A model generated the notes under the pieces. It was not told the DNA's origin and did not search any database. It saw only the letters and a program-made list of their open reading frames with translations. A stretch of 64,000 nucleotides of DNA from the human T2T-CHM13v2.0 reference genome, Homo sapiens. The DNA is taken from NCBI RefSeq assembly GCF_009914755.1, contig NC_060933.1; one strand, written 5' to 3'. A program made the position numbers and the translations under genes. Shown here piece after piece: positions 11,924 to 26,555 of the stretch; positions within the stretch are counted from its first letter, which is position 1; every line of letters begins with the position of its first letter.

Positions 11924-14900
11924 AGAAGCATTCTCAGAAACTTCCTTGTGATGTGTGTACTCAAGTAACAGAGTTGAACCTTCCTTTTGACAGAGCAGTT
12001 TTGAAGCACTCTTTTTGTAGAATCTGCAAGTGGATATTTTGATACCTTTGAGGATTTCGTTGGACACGGGATATCTTCATATAAAATCTAGACAGAAGCA
12101 TTCTCAGAAACTTCTTTGTGCTGTATGTCCTCAATTAACAGAGTTGAACCTTTGTGTGGATACAGCATTTTGGAAACATTCCTTTAGTAGAATCTGCAAG
12201 TTGATATTTAGATAGCTAGGAAGATTTCCTTGGAAACGGGAATATCTTCATATAAAATCTAGACGGAAGCATTCTCAGAAAGTGCTTTGTGATGTTTGCA
12301 TTCAAGTCACAGAGTTGAATATTCCCTTTTATAGAGCAGGTTTGAAACACTCTTTCTGCACTACCTGGAAGTGGACATTTGGAGCGCTTTGAGGCCTATG
12401 TTGAAAAAGGAAATATCTTCCCATAAAAACTAGACAGAAGCATTCTCAGAAACTTGTTTGTGATGTGTGTATTCAACTAACAGAGATGAACCTTTCTTTT
12501 TACAGAGCAGTTTTGAAACACTCTTTTTGTGGAATCTGAAAGTGGATATTTGGATAGCTTTGAGGATTTCGTTGGAAACGGGATTACATATAAAACCTAG
12601 AGAGAAGCATTCTCAGGAACTTCTTTGTGATGTTTGCCTTCAAGTCACAGGACTGAACATTCCCTTTCATAGAGCAGGTTTGAAACACTCTTTCTGTAGT
12701 ATCTGCAAGCTGACGTTTCAAGCGCTTTGAGGCCTATGGTGACAAAGGAAATATCTTCAAGTAAAAACTAGACAGAAGCATTCTCAGAAACTTATTTGCG
12801 ATGTGTGTTCTCAACTAACAGAGTTGAACCTTTGTTTTGATATGGCATTTTGGAAACACTCTTTTTGTAGAATCTGCAGGTGGATATTCGGATAGCTTTG
12901 AAGGTTTCGTTGGAAACGGGAATATCTTCATATAAAATCTAGACGGAAGCATTCTCAGAAACTGCTTTGTGATGTTTTCATTCAAGTCACAGAGTAGAAT
13001 GTTCCCTGTTATATACCAGGTTTGAGACACTCTTTCTGCACTACCTGGAAGTGGACGTTTGGAGCGCTTTGAGGCCTATGTTGAAAAAGGAAATATCTTC
13101 CCATAAAAACTAGACAGAAGCATTCTCAGAAACTTGTTTGTGATGTGTGTATTCAACTAACAGAGATGAACCTTTCTTTTTACAGAGCAGTTTTGAAACA
13201 CTCTTTTTGTGGAATCTGAAAGTGGATATTTGGATAGCTTTGAGGATTTCGTTGGAAACGGGATTACATATAAAATCTAGAGAGAAGCATTCTCAGGAAC
13301 TTCTTTGTGATGTTTGCATTCACGTCACAGAACTGAACATTCCCTTTCATAGAGCATGTTTGAAACACTCTTTCTGTAGTATCTGCAAACGGACATTTCA
13401 AACGCTTTCAGGCCTATGGTGAGAAAGGAAATATCTTCAAATAAAAACTAGACAGAAGCATTCTCAGAAACTTATTTGCGATGTGTGTCCTCAACTATCA
13501 GAGTTGAACCTTTCTTTTGATTCAACATTTTGGAACCACTCTTTTTGTAGAATCTGCAAGTGGATATTTGAATAGCTTTGAAGGTTTCGTTGGAAACGGG
13601 AATATCTTCATATAAAATCAAGACAGAAGCATTCTCAGAAACTTCTCTGTGATGTTTGCATTCAACTCATAGAGTTGAACACTTCCCTTCATACAGCAGG
13701 TTTGAAACACTCTTTTTGTAATATTTGGAAGTGGACATTTGCAGCGCTTTGAGGCCTATCATGAAAAAGGAAATATCTTCCCATAAAAACTAGACAGAAG
13801 CATTCTCAGAAACTTGTTTGTGATGTGTGTATTCAACTAACAGAGATGAACCTTTCTTTTTACAGAGCAGTTTTGAAACACTCTTTTTGTGGAATCTGAA
13901 AGTGGATATTTGGATAGCTTTGCGGATTTCGTTGGAAACGGGATTACATATAAAATCTAGGGAGAAGCATTCTCAGGAACTTCTTTGTGATGTTTGCATT
14001 CAAGTCACAGAACTGAACATTCCCTTTCATAGAGCAGGTTTGAAACACTCTTTCTGTAGTATCTGCAAGCGGACGTTTTAAGCGCTTTCAGGCCTGTGGT
14101 GAGAAAGGAAATATCTTCAAATAAAAACTAGACAGAAGCATTCTCAGAGACTTATTTGCGATGTGTGTCCTCAACTAACAGAGTTGAACCTTTCTTTTGA
14201 TACAACATTTTGGAAACACTCTTTTTGTAGAATCTGCAAGTGGATATTTGGATAGCTTTGAAGGTTTCGTTGGAAACGGGAATATCTTCATATGAAATCA
14301 AGACAGAAGCATTCTCAGAAACTTCTCTGTGATGTTTGCATTCAACTCATAGAGTTGAACACTTCCCTTCATACAGCAGGTTTGAAACACTCTTTTTCTA
14401 ATATTTGGAAGTGGACATTTGCAGCGCTTTGAGGCCTATGTTGAAAAAGGAAATATCTTCTCCTAAAAACCAGACAGAAGCATTCTCAGAAACTTCCTTG
14501 TGATGTGTGTACTCAAGTAACAGAGTTGAACCTTCCTTTTGACAGAGCAGTTTTGAAGCACTCTTTTTGTAGAATCTGCAAGTGGATATTTTGATACCTT
14601 TGAGGATTTCGTTGGACACGGGATATCTTCATATAAAATCTAGACAGAAGCATTCTCAGAAACTTCTTTGTGCTGTATGTCCTCAATTAACAGAGTTGAA
14701 CCTTTGTGTGGATACAGCATTTTGGAAACATTCCTTTAGAAGAATCTGCAAGTTGATATTTAGATAGCTAGGAAGATTTCCTTGGAAACGGGAATATCTT
14801 CATATAAAATTTAGACGGAAGCATTCTCAGAAAGTGCTTTGTGATGTTTGCATTCAAGTCACAGAGTTGAATATTCCCTTTTATAGAGCAGGTTTGAAAC

Positions 14901-17900
14901 ACTCTTTCTGCACTACCTGGAAGTGGACATTTGGAGCGCTTTGAGGCCTATGTTGAAAAAGGAAATATCTTCCCATAAAAACTAGACAGAAGCATTCTCA
15001 GAAACTTGTTTGTGATGTGTGTATTCAACTAACAGAGATGAACCTTTCTTTTTACAGAGCAGTTTTGAAACACTCTTTTTGTGGAATCTGAAAGTGGATA
15101 TTTGGATAGCTTTGAGGATTTCGTTGGAAACGGGATTACATATAAAACCTAGAGAGAAGCATTCTCAGGAACTTCTTTGTGATGTTTGCCTTCAAGTCAC
15201 AGGACTGAACATTCCCTTTCATAGAGCAGGTTTGAAACACTCTTTCTGTAGTATCTGCAAGCTGACGTTTCAAGCGCTTTCAGGCCTATGGTGAGAAAGG
15301 AAATATCTTCAAGTAAAAACTAGACAGAAGCATTCTCAGAAACTTATTTGCCATGTGTGTTCTCAACTAACAGAGTTGAACCTTTGTTTTGATACGGCAT
15401 TTTGGAAACACTCTTTTTGTAGAATCTGCAGGTGGATATTCGGATAGCTTTGAAGGTTTCGTTGGAAACGGGAATATCTTCATATAAAATCTAGACGGAA
15501 GCATTCTCAGAAACTGCTTTGTGATGTTTTCATTCAAGTCACAGAGTAGAATCTTCCCTGTTATATACCAGGTTTGAGACACTCTTTCTGCACTACCTGG
15601 AAGTGGACATTTGCAGCGCTTTGAGGCCTATGATGAAAAAGGAAATATCTTCCCATAAAAACTAGACAGAAGCATTCTCAGAAACTTGTTTGTGATGTGT
15701 GTATTCAACTAACAGAGATGAACCTTTCTTTTTACAGAGCAGTTTTGAAACACTCTTTTTGTGGAATCTGAAAGTGGATATTTGGATAGCTTTGAGGATT
15801 TCGTTGGAAACGGGATTACATATAAAACCTAGAGAGAAGCATTCTCAGGAACTTCTTTGTGATGTTTGCATTCACGTCACAGAACTGAACATTCCCTTTC
15901 ATAGACCATGTTTGAAACACTCTTTCTGTAGTATCTGCAAACGGACATTTCAAACGCTTTCAGGCCTATGGTGAGAAAGGAAATATCTTCAAATAAAAAC
16001 TAGACAGAAGCATTCTCAGAAACTTATTTGCGATGTGTGTCCTCAACTAACAGAGTTGAACCTTTCTTTTGATACAACATTTTGGAAACACTCTTTTTGT
16101 GGAATCTGCAAGTGGATATTTGGATAGCTTTGAAGATTTCGTTGGAAACGGGAATATCTTCATATAAAATCAAGACAGAAGCATTCTCAGAAACTTCTCT
16201 GTGATGTTTGCATTCAACTCATAGAGTTGAACACTTCCCTTCATACAGCAGGTTTGAAACACTCTTTTTGTAATATTTGGAAGTGGACATTTGCAGCGCT
16301 TTGAGGCCTATGATGAAAAAGGTAATATCTTCCCATAAAAACTAGACAGAAGCATTCTCAGAAACTTGTTTGTGATGTGTGTATTCAACTAACAGAGATG
16401 AACCTTTCTTTTTACAGAGCAGTTTTGAAACACTCTTTTTGTGGAATCTGAAAGTGGATATTTGGATAGCTTTGCGGATTTCGTTGGAAACGGGATTACA
16501 TATAAAATCTAGGGAGAAGCATTCTCAGGAACTTCTTTGTGATGTTTGCATTCAAGTCACAGAACTGAACATTCCCTTTCATAGAGCAGGTTTGAAACAC
16601 TCTTTCTGTAGTATCTGCAAGCGGACGTTTTAAGCGCTTTCAGGCCTGTGGTGAGAAAGGAAATATCTTCAAATAAAAACTAGACAGAAGCATTCTCAGA
16701 AACTTATTTGCGATGTGTGTCCTCAACTAACAGAGTTGAACCTTTCTTTTGATACAACATTTTGGAAACACTCTTTTTGTAGAATCTGCAAGTGGATATT
16801 TGGATAGCTTTGAAGGTTTCGTTGGAAACGGGAATATCTTCATATGAAATCAAGACAGAAGCATTCTCAGAAACTTCTCTGTGATGTTTGCATTCAACTC
16901 ATAGAGTTGAACACTTCCCTTCATACAGCAGGTTTGAAACACTCTTTTTCTAATATTTGGAAGTGGACATTTGCAGCGCTTTGAGGCCTATGTTGAAAAA
17001 GGAAATATCTTCTCCTAAAAACCAGACAGAAGCATTCTCAGAAACTTCCTTGTGATGTGTGTACTCAAGTAACAGAGTTGAACCTTCCTTTAGACAGAGC
17101 AGTTTTGAAGCACTCTTTTTGTAGAATCTGCAAGTGGATATTTTGATACCTTTGAGGATTTCGTTGGACACGGGATATCTTCATATGAAATCTAGACAGA
17201 AGCATTCTCAGAAACTTCTTTGTGCTGTATGTCCTCAATTAACAGAGTTGAACCTTTGTGTGGATACAGCATTTTGGAAACATTCCTTTAGTAGAATCTG
17301 CAAGTTGATATTTAGATAGCTAGGAAGATTTCCTTGGAAACGGGAATATCTTCATATAAAATCTAGACGGAAGCATTCTCAGAAAGTGCTTTGTGATGTT
17401 TGCATTCAAGTCACAGAGTTGACTATTCCCTTTTATAGAGCAGGTTTGAAACACTCTTTCTGCACTACCTGGAAGTGGACATTTGGAGCGCTTTGAGGCC
17501 TATGTTGAAAAAGGAAATATCTTCCCATAAAAACTAGACAGAAGCATTCTCAGAAACTTGTTTGTGATGTGTGTATTCAACTAACAGAGATGAACCTTTC
17601 TTTTTACAGAGCAGTTTTGAAACACTCTTTTTGTGGAATCTGAAAGTGGATATTTGGAGAGCTTTGAGGATTTCGTTGGAAACGGGATTACATATAAAAC
17701 CTAGAGAGAAGCATTCTCAGGAACTTCTTTGTGATGTTTGCCTTCAAGTCACAGGACTGAACATTCCCTTTCATAGAGCAGGTTTGAAACACTCTTTCTG
17801 TAGTATCTGCAAGCTGACGTTTCAAGCGCTTTCAGGCCTATGGTGAGAAAGGAAATATCTTCAAGTAAAAACTAGACAGAAGCATTCTCAGAAACTTATT

Positions 17901-20900
17901 TGCGATGTGTGTTCTCAACTAACAGAGTTGAACCTTTGTTTTGATATGGCATTTTGGAAACACTCTTTTTATAGAATCTGCAGGTGGATATTCGGATAGC
18001 TTTGAAGGTTTCGTTGGAAACGGGAATATCTTCATATAAAATCTAGACGGAAGCATTCTCAGAAACTGCTTTGTGATGTTTTCATTCAAGTCACAGAGTA
18101 GAATGTTCCCTGTTATATACCAGGTTTGAGACACTCTTTCTGCACTACCTGGAAGTGGACGTTTGGAGCGCTTTGAGGCCTATGTTGAAAAAGGAAATAT
18201 CTTCCCATAAAAACTAGACAGAAGCATTCTCAGAAACTTGTTTGTGATGTGTGTATTCAACTAACAGAGATGAACCTTTCTTTTTACAGAGCAGTTTTGA
18301 AACACTCTTTTTGTGGAATCTGAAAGTGGATATTTGGATAGCTTTGAGGATTTCGTTGGAAACGGGATTACATATAAAATCTAGAGAGAAGCATTCTCAG
18401 GAACTTCTTTGTGATGTTTGCATTCACGTCACAGAACTGAACATTCCCTTTCATAGAGCATGTTTGAAACACTCTTTCTGTAGTATCTGCAAACGGACAT
18501 TTCAAACGCTTTCAGGCCTATGGTGAGAAGGGAAATATCTTCAAATAAAAACTAGACAGAAGCATTCTCAGAAACTTATTTGCGATGTGTGTCCTCAACT
18601 ATCAGAGTTGAACCTTTCTTTTGATTCAACATTTTGGAACCACTCTTTTTGTAGAATCTGCAAGTGGATATTTGAATAGCTTTGAAGGTTTCGTTGGAAA
18701 GGGGAATATCTTCATATAAAATCAAGACAGAAGCATTCTCAGAAACTTCTCTGTGATGTTTGCATTCAACTCATAGAGTTGAACACTTCCCTTCATACAG
18801 CAGGTTTGAAACACTCTTTTTGTAATATTTGGAAGTGGACATTTGCAGCGCTTTGAGGCCTATGATGAAAATGGAAATATCTTCCCATAAAAACTAGACA
18901 GAAGCATTCTCAGAAACTTGTTTGTGATGTGTGTATTCAACTAACAGAGATGAACCTTTCTTTTTACAGAGCAGTTTTGAAACACTCTTTTTGTGGAATC
19001 TGAAAGTGGATATTTGGATAGCTTTGCGGATTTCGTTGGAAACGGGATTACATATAAAATCTAGGGAGAAGCATTCTCAGGAACTTCTTTGTGATGTTTG
19101 CATTCAAGTCACAGAACTGAACATTCCCTTTCATAGAGCAGGTTTGAAACACTCTTTCTGTAGTATCTGCAAGCGGACGTTTTAAGCGCTTTCAGGCCTA
19201 TGGTGAGAAAGGAAATATCTTCAAATAAAAACTAGACAGAAGCATTCTCAGAGACTTATTTGCGATGTGTGTCCTCAACTAACAGAGTTGAACCTTTCTT
19301 TTGATACAACATTTTGGAAACACTCTTTTTGTAGAATCTGCAAGTGGATATTTGGATAGCTTTGAAGGTTTCGTTGGAAACGGGAATATCTTCATATGAA
19401 ATCAAGACAGAAGCATTCTCAGAAACTTCTCTGTGATGTTTGCATTCAACTCATAGAGTTGAACACTTCCCTTCATACAGCAGGTTTGAAACACTCTTTT
19501 TCTAATATTTGGAAGTGGACATTTGCAGCGCTTTGAGGCCTATGTTGAAAAAGGAAATATCTTCTCCTAAAAACCAGACAGAAGCATTCTCAGAAACTTC
19601 CTTGTGATGTGTGTACTCAAGTAACAGAGTTGAACCTTCCTTTTGACAGAGCAGTTTTGAAGCACTCTTTTTGTAGAATCTGCAAGTGGATATTTTGATA
19701 CCTTTGAGGATTTCGTTGGACACGGGATATCTTCATATAAAATCTAGACAGAAGCATTCTCAGAAACTTCTTTGTGCTGTATGTCCTCAATTAACAGAGT
19801 TGAACCTTTGTGTGGATACAGCATTTTGGAAACATTCCTTTAGTAGAATCTGCAAGTTGATATTTAGATAGCTAGGAAGATTTCCTTGGAAACGGGAATA
19901 TCTTCATATAAAATCTAGACGGAAGCATTCTCAGAAAGTGCTTTGTGATGTTTGCATTCAAGTCACAGAGTTGAATATTCCCTTTTATAGAGCAGGTTTG
20001 AAACACTCTTTCTGCACTACCTGGAAGTGGACATTTGGAGCGCTTTGAGGCCTATGTTGAAAAAGGAAATATCTTCCCATAAAAACTAGACAGAAGCATT
20101 CTCAGAAACTTGTTTGTGATGTGTGTATTCAACTAACAGAGATGAACCTTTCTTTTTACAGAGCAGTTTTGAAACACTCTTTTTGTGGAATCTGAAAGTG
20201 GATATTTGGAGAGCTTTGAGGATTTCGTTGGAAACGGGATTACATATAAAACCTAGAGAGAAGCATTCTCAGGAACTTCTTTGTGATGTTTGCCTTCAAG
20301 TCACAGGACTGAACATTCCCTTTCATAGAGCAGGTTTGAAACACTCTTTCTGTAGTATCTGCAAGCTGACGTTTCAAGCGCTTTCAGGCCTATGGTGAGA
20401 AAGGAAATATCTTCAAGTAAAAACTAGACAGAAGCATTCTCAGAAACTTATTTGCGATGTGTGTTCTCAACTAACAGAGTTGAACCTTTGTTTTGATATG
20501 GCATTTTGGAAACACTCTTTTTATAGAATCTGCAGGTGGATATTCGGATAGCTTTGAAGGTTTCGTTGGAAACGGGAATATCTTCATATAAAATCTAGAC
20601 GGAAGCATTCTCAGAAACTGCTTTGTGATGTTTTCATTCAAGTCACAGAGTAGAATGTTCCCTGTTATATACCAGGTTTGAGACACTCTTTCTGCACTAC
20701 CTGGAAGTGGACGTTTGGAGCGCTTTGAGGCCTATGTTGAAAAAGGAAATATCTTCCCATAAAAACTAGACAGAAGCATTCTCAGAAACTTGTTTGTGAT
20801 GTGTGTATTCAACTAACAGAGATGAACCTTTCTTTTTACAGAGCAGTTTTGAAACACTCTTTTTGTGGAATCTGAAAGTGGATATTTGGATAGCTTTGAG

Positions 20901-23900
20901 GATTTCGTTGGAAACGGGATTACATATAAAATCTAGAGAGAAGCATTCTCAGGAACTTCTTTGTGATGTTTGCATTCACGTCACAGAACTGAACATTCCC
21001 TTTCATAGAGCATGTTTGAAACACTCTTTCTGTAGTATCTGCAAACGGACATTTCAAACGCTTTCAGGCCTATGGTGAGAAAGGAAATATCTTCAAATAA
21101 AAACTAGACAGAAGCATTCTCAGAAACTTATTTGCGATGTGTGTCCTCAACTATCAGAGTTGAACCTTTCTTTTGATTCAACATTTTGGAACCACTCTTT
21201 TTGTAGAATCTGCAAGTGGATATTTGAATAGCTTTGAAGGTTTCGTTGGAAAGGGGAATATCTTCATATAAAATCAAGACAGAAGCATTCTCAGAAACTT
21301 CTCTGTGATGTTTGCATTCAACTCATAGAGTTGAACACTTCCCTTCATACAGCAGGTTTGAAACACTCTTTTTGTAATATTTGGAAGTGGACATTTGCAG
21401 CGCTTTGAGGCCTATGATGAAAATGGAAATATCTTCCCATAAAAACTAGACAGAAGCATTCTCAGAAACTTGTTTGTGATGTGTGTATTCAACTAACAGA
21501 GATGAACCTTTCTTTTTACAGAGCAGTTTTGAAACACTCTTTTTGTGGAATCTGAAAGTGGATATTTGGATAGCTTTGCGGATTTCGTTGGAAACGGGAT
21601 TACATATAAAATCTAGGGAGAAGCATTCTCAGGAACTTCTTTGTGATGTTTGCATTCAAGTCACAGAACTGAACATTCCCTTTCATAGAGCAGGTTTGAA
21701 ACACTCTTTCTGTAGTATCTGCAAGCGGACGTTTTAAGCGCTTTCAGGCCTGTGGTGAGAAAGGAAATATCTTCAAATAAAAACTAGACAGAAGCATTCT
21801 CAGAGACTTATTTGCGATGTGTGTCCTCAACTAACAGAGTTGAACCTTTCTTTTGATACAACATTTTGGAAACACTCTTTTTGTAGAATCTGCAAGTGGA
21901 TATTTGGATAGCTTTGAAGGTTTCGTTGGAAACGGGAATATCTTCATATGAAATCAAGACAGAAGCATTCTCAGAAACTTCTCTGTGATGTTTGCATTCA
22001 ACTCATAGAGTTGAACACTTCCCTTCATACAGCAGGTTTGAAACACTCTTTTTCTAATATTTGGAAGTGGACATTTGCAGCGCTTTGAGGCCTATGTTGA
22101 AAAAGGAAATATCTTCTCCTAAAAACCAGACAGAAGCATTCTCAGAAACTTCCTTGTGATGTGTGTACTCAAGTAACAGAGTTGAACCTTCCTTTTGACA
22201 GAGCAGTTTTGAAGCACTCTTTTTGTAGAATCTGCAAGTGGATATTTTGATACCTTTGAGGATTTCGTTGGACACGGGATATCTTCATATAAAATCTAGA
22301 CAGAAGCATTCTCAGAAACTTCTTTGTGCTGTATGTCCTCAATTAACAGAGTTGAACCTTTGTGTGGATACAGCATTTTGGAAACATTCCTTTAGAAGAA
22401 TCTGCAAGTTGATATTTAGATAGCTAGGAAGATTTCCTTGGAAACGGGAATATCTTCATATAAAATCTAGACGGAAGCATTCTCAGAAAGTGCTTTGTGA
22501 TGTTTGCATTCAAGTCACAGAGTTGAATATTCCCTTTTATAGAGCAGGTTTGAAACACTCTTTCTGCACTACCTGGAAGTGGACATTTGGAGCGCTTTGA
22601 GGCCTATGTTGAAAAAGGAAATATCTTCCCATAAAAACTAGACAGAAGCATTCTCAGAAACTTGTTTGTGATGTGTGTATTCAACTAACAGAGATGAACC
22701 TTTCTTTTTACAGAGCAGTTTTGAAACACTCTTTTTGTGGAATCTGAAAGTGGATATTTGGATAGCTTTGAGGATTTCGTTGGAAACGGGATTACATATA
22801 AAACCTAGAGAGAAGCATTCTCAGGAACTTCTTTGTGATGTTTGCATTCAAGTCACAGGACTGAACATTCCCTTTCATAGAGCAGGTTTGAAACACTCTT
22901 TCTGTAGTATCTGCAAGCTGACGTTTCAAGCGCTTTCAGGCCTATGGTGAGAAAGGAAATATCTTCAAGCAAAAACTAGACAGAAGCATTCTCAGAAACT
23001 TATTTGCCATGTGTGTTCTCAACTAACAGAGTTGAACCTTTGTTTTGATACGGCATTTTGGAAACACTCTTTTTGTAGAATCTGCAGGTGGATATTCGGA
23101 TAGCTTTGAAGGTTTCGTTGGAAACGGGAATATCTTCATATAAAATCTAGACGGAAGCATTCTCAGAAACTGCTTTGTGATGTTTTCATTCAAGTCACAG
23201 AGTAGAATGTTCCCTGTTATATACCAGGTTTGAGACACTCTTTCTGCACTACCTGGAAGTGGACATTTGCAGCGCTTTGAGGCCTATGATGAAAAAGGAA
23301 ATATCTTCCCATAAAAACTAGACAGAAGCATTCTCAGAAACTTGTTTGTGATGTGTGTATTCAACTAACAGAGATGAACCTTTCTTTTTACAGAGCAGTT
23401 TTGAAACACTCTTTTTGTGGAATCTGAAAGTGGATATTTGGATAGCTTTGAGGATTTCGTTGGAAACGGGATTACATATAAAATCTAGAGAGAAGCATTC
23501 TCAGGAACTTCTTTGTGATGTTTGCATTCACGTCACAGAACTGAACATTCCCTTTCATAGAGCATGTTTGAAACACTCTTTCTGTAGTATCTACAAACGG
23601 ACATTTCAAACGCTTTCAGGCCTATGGTGAGAAAGGAAATATCTTCAAATAAAAACTAGACAGAAGCATTCTCAGAAACTTATTTGCGATGTGTGTCCTC
23701 AACTAACAGAGTTGAACCTTTCTTTTGATACAACATTTTGGAAACACTCTTTTTGTAGAATCTGCAAGTGGATATTTGAATAGCTTTGAAGGTTTCGTTG
23801 GAAACGGGAATATCTTCATATAAAATCAAGACAGAAGCATTCTCAGAAACTTCTCTGTGATGTTTGCATTCAACTCATAGAGTTGAACACTTCCCTTCAT

Positions 23901-26555
23901 ACAGCAGGTTTGAAACACTCTTTTTGTAACATTTGGAAGTGGACATTTGCAGCGCTTTGAGGCCTATGTTGAAAAAGGAAATATCTTCTCCTAAAAACCA
24001 GACAGAAGCATTCTCAGAAACTTCCTTGTGATGTGTGTACTCAAGTAACAGAGTTGAACCTTCCTTTTGACAGAGCAGTTTTGAAGCACTCTTTTTGTAG
24101 AATCTGCAAGTGGATATTTTGATACCTTTGAGGATTTCGTTGGACACGGGATATCTTCATATAAAATCTAGACAGAAGCATTCTCAGAAACTTCTTTGTG
24201 CTGTATGTCCTCAATTAACAGAGTTGAACCTTTGTGTGGATACAGCATTTTGGAAACATTCCTTTAGTAGAATCTGCAAGTTGATATTTAGATAGCTAGG
24301 AAGATTTCCTTGGAAACGGGAATATCTTCATATAAAATCTAGACGGAAGCATTCTCAGAAAGTGCTTTGTGATGTTTGCATTCAAGTCACAGAGTTGAAT
24401 ATTCCCTTTTATAGAGCAGGTTTGAAACACTCTTTCTGCACTACCTGGAAGTGGACATTTGGAGCGCTTTGAGGCCTATGTTGAAAAAGGAAATATCTTC
24501 CCATAAAAATTAGACAGAAGCATTCTCAGAAACTTGTTTGTGATGTGTGTATTCAACTAACAGAGATGAACCTCTCTTTTTACAGAGCAGTTTTGAAACA
24601 CTCTTTTTGTGGAATCTGAAAGTGGATATTTGGAGAGCTTTGCGGATTTCGTTGGAAACGGGATTACATATAAAATCTAGGGAGAAGCATTCTCAGGAAC
24701 TTCTTTGTGATGTTTGCCTTCAAGTCACAGGACTGAACATTCCCTTTCATAGAGCAGGTTTGAAACACTCTTTCTGTAGTATCTGCAAGCTGACGTTTCA
24801 AGCCCTTTCAGGCCTATGGTGAGAAAGGAAATATCTTCAAGTAAAAACTAGACAGAAGCATTCTCAGAAACTTATTTGCCATGTGTGTTCTCAACTAACA
24901 GAGTTGAACCTTTGTTTTGATACGGCATTTTGGAAACACTCTTTTTGTAGAATCTGCAGGTGGATATTCGGATAGCTTTGAAGGTTTCGTTGGAAACGGG
25001 AATATCTTCATATAAAATCTTGACGGAAGCATTCTCAGAAACTGCTTTGTGATGTTTTCATTCAAGTCACAGAGTAGAATCTTCCCTGTTATATACCAGG
25101 TTTCAGACACTCTTTCTGCACTACCTGGAAGTGGACATTTGCAGCGCTTTGAGGCCTATGATGAAAAAGGAAATATCTTCCCATAAAAACTAGACAGAAG
25201 CATTCTCAGAAACTTGTTTGTGATGTGTGTATTCAACTAACAGAGATGAACCTTTCTTTTTACAGAGCAGTTTTGAAACACTCTTTTTGTGGAATCTGAA
25301 AGTGGATATTTGGATAGCTTTGAGGATTTCGTTGGAAACGGGATTACATATAAAATCTAGAGAGAAGCATTCTCAGGAACTTCTTTGTGATGTTTGCATT
25401 CACGTCACAGAACTGAACATTCCCTTTCATAGAGCATGTTTGAAACACTCTTTCTGTAGTATCTGCAAACGGACATTTCAAACGCTTTCAGGCCTATGGT
25501 GAGAAAGGAAATATCTTCAAATAAAAACTAGACAGAAGCATTCTCAGAAACTTATTTGCGATGTGTGTCCTCAACTAACAGAGTTGAACCTTTCTTTTGA
25601 TACAACATTTTGGAAACACTCTTTTTGTGGAATCTGCAAGTGGATATTTGGATAGCTTTGAAGGTTTCGTTGGAAACGGGAATATCTTCATATAAAATCA
25701 AGACAGAAGCATTCTCAGAAACTTCTCTGTGATGTTTGCATTCAACTCATAGAGTTGAACACTTCCCTTCATACAGCAGGTTTGAAACACTCTTTTTCTA
25801 ATATTTGGAAGTGGACTTTTGCAGCGCTTTGAAGCCTATGATGAAAAAGGTAATATCTTCCCATAAAAACTAGACAGAAGCATTCTCAGAAACTTGTTTG
25901 TGATGTGTGTATTCAACTAACAGAGATGAACCTTTCTTTTTACAGAGCAGTTTTGAAACACTCTTTTTGTGGAATCTGAAAGTGGATATTTGGATAGCTT
26001 TGCGGATTTCGTTGGAAACGGGATTACATATAAAATCTAGGGAGAAGCATTCTCAGGAACTTCTTTGTGATGTTTGCATTCAAGTCACAGAACTGAACAT
26101 TCCCTTTCATAGAGCAGGTTTGAAACACTCTTTCTGTAGTATCTGCAAGCGGACGTTTTAAGCGCTTTCAGGCCTGTGGTGAGAAAGGAAATATCTTCAA
26201 ATAAAAACTAGACAGAAGCATTCTCAGAAACTTATTTGCGATGTGTGTCCTCAACTAACAGAGTTGAACCTTTCTTTTGATACAACATTTTGGAAACACT
26301 CTTTTTGTAGAATCTGCAAGTGGATATTTGGATAGCTTTGAAGGTTTCGTTGGAAACGGGAATATCTTCATATGAAATCAAGACAGAAGCATTCTCAGAA
26401 ACTTCTCTGTGATGTTTGCATTCAACTCATAGAGTTGAACACTTCCCTTCATACAGCAGGTTTGAAACACTCTTTTTCTAATATTTGGAAGTGGACATTT
26501 GCAGCGCTTTGAGGCCTATGTTGAAAAAGGAAATATCTTCTCCTAAAAAGCAGAC

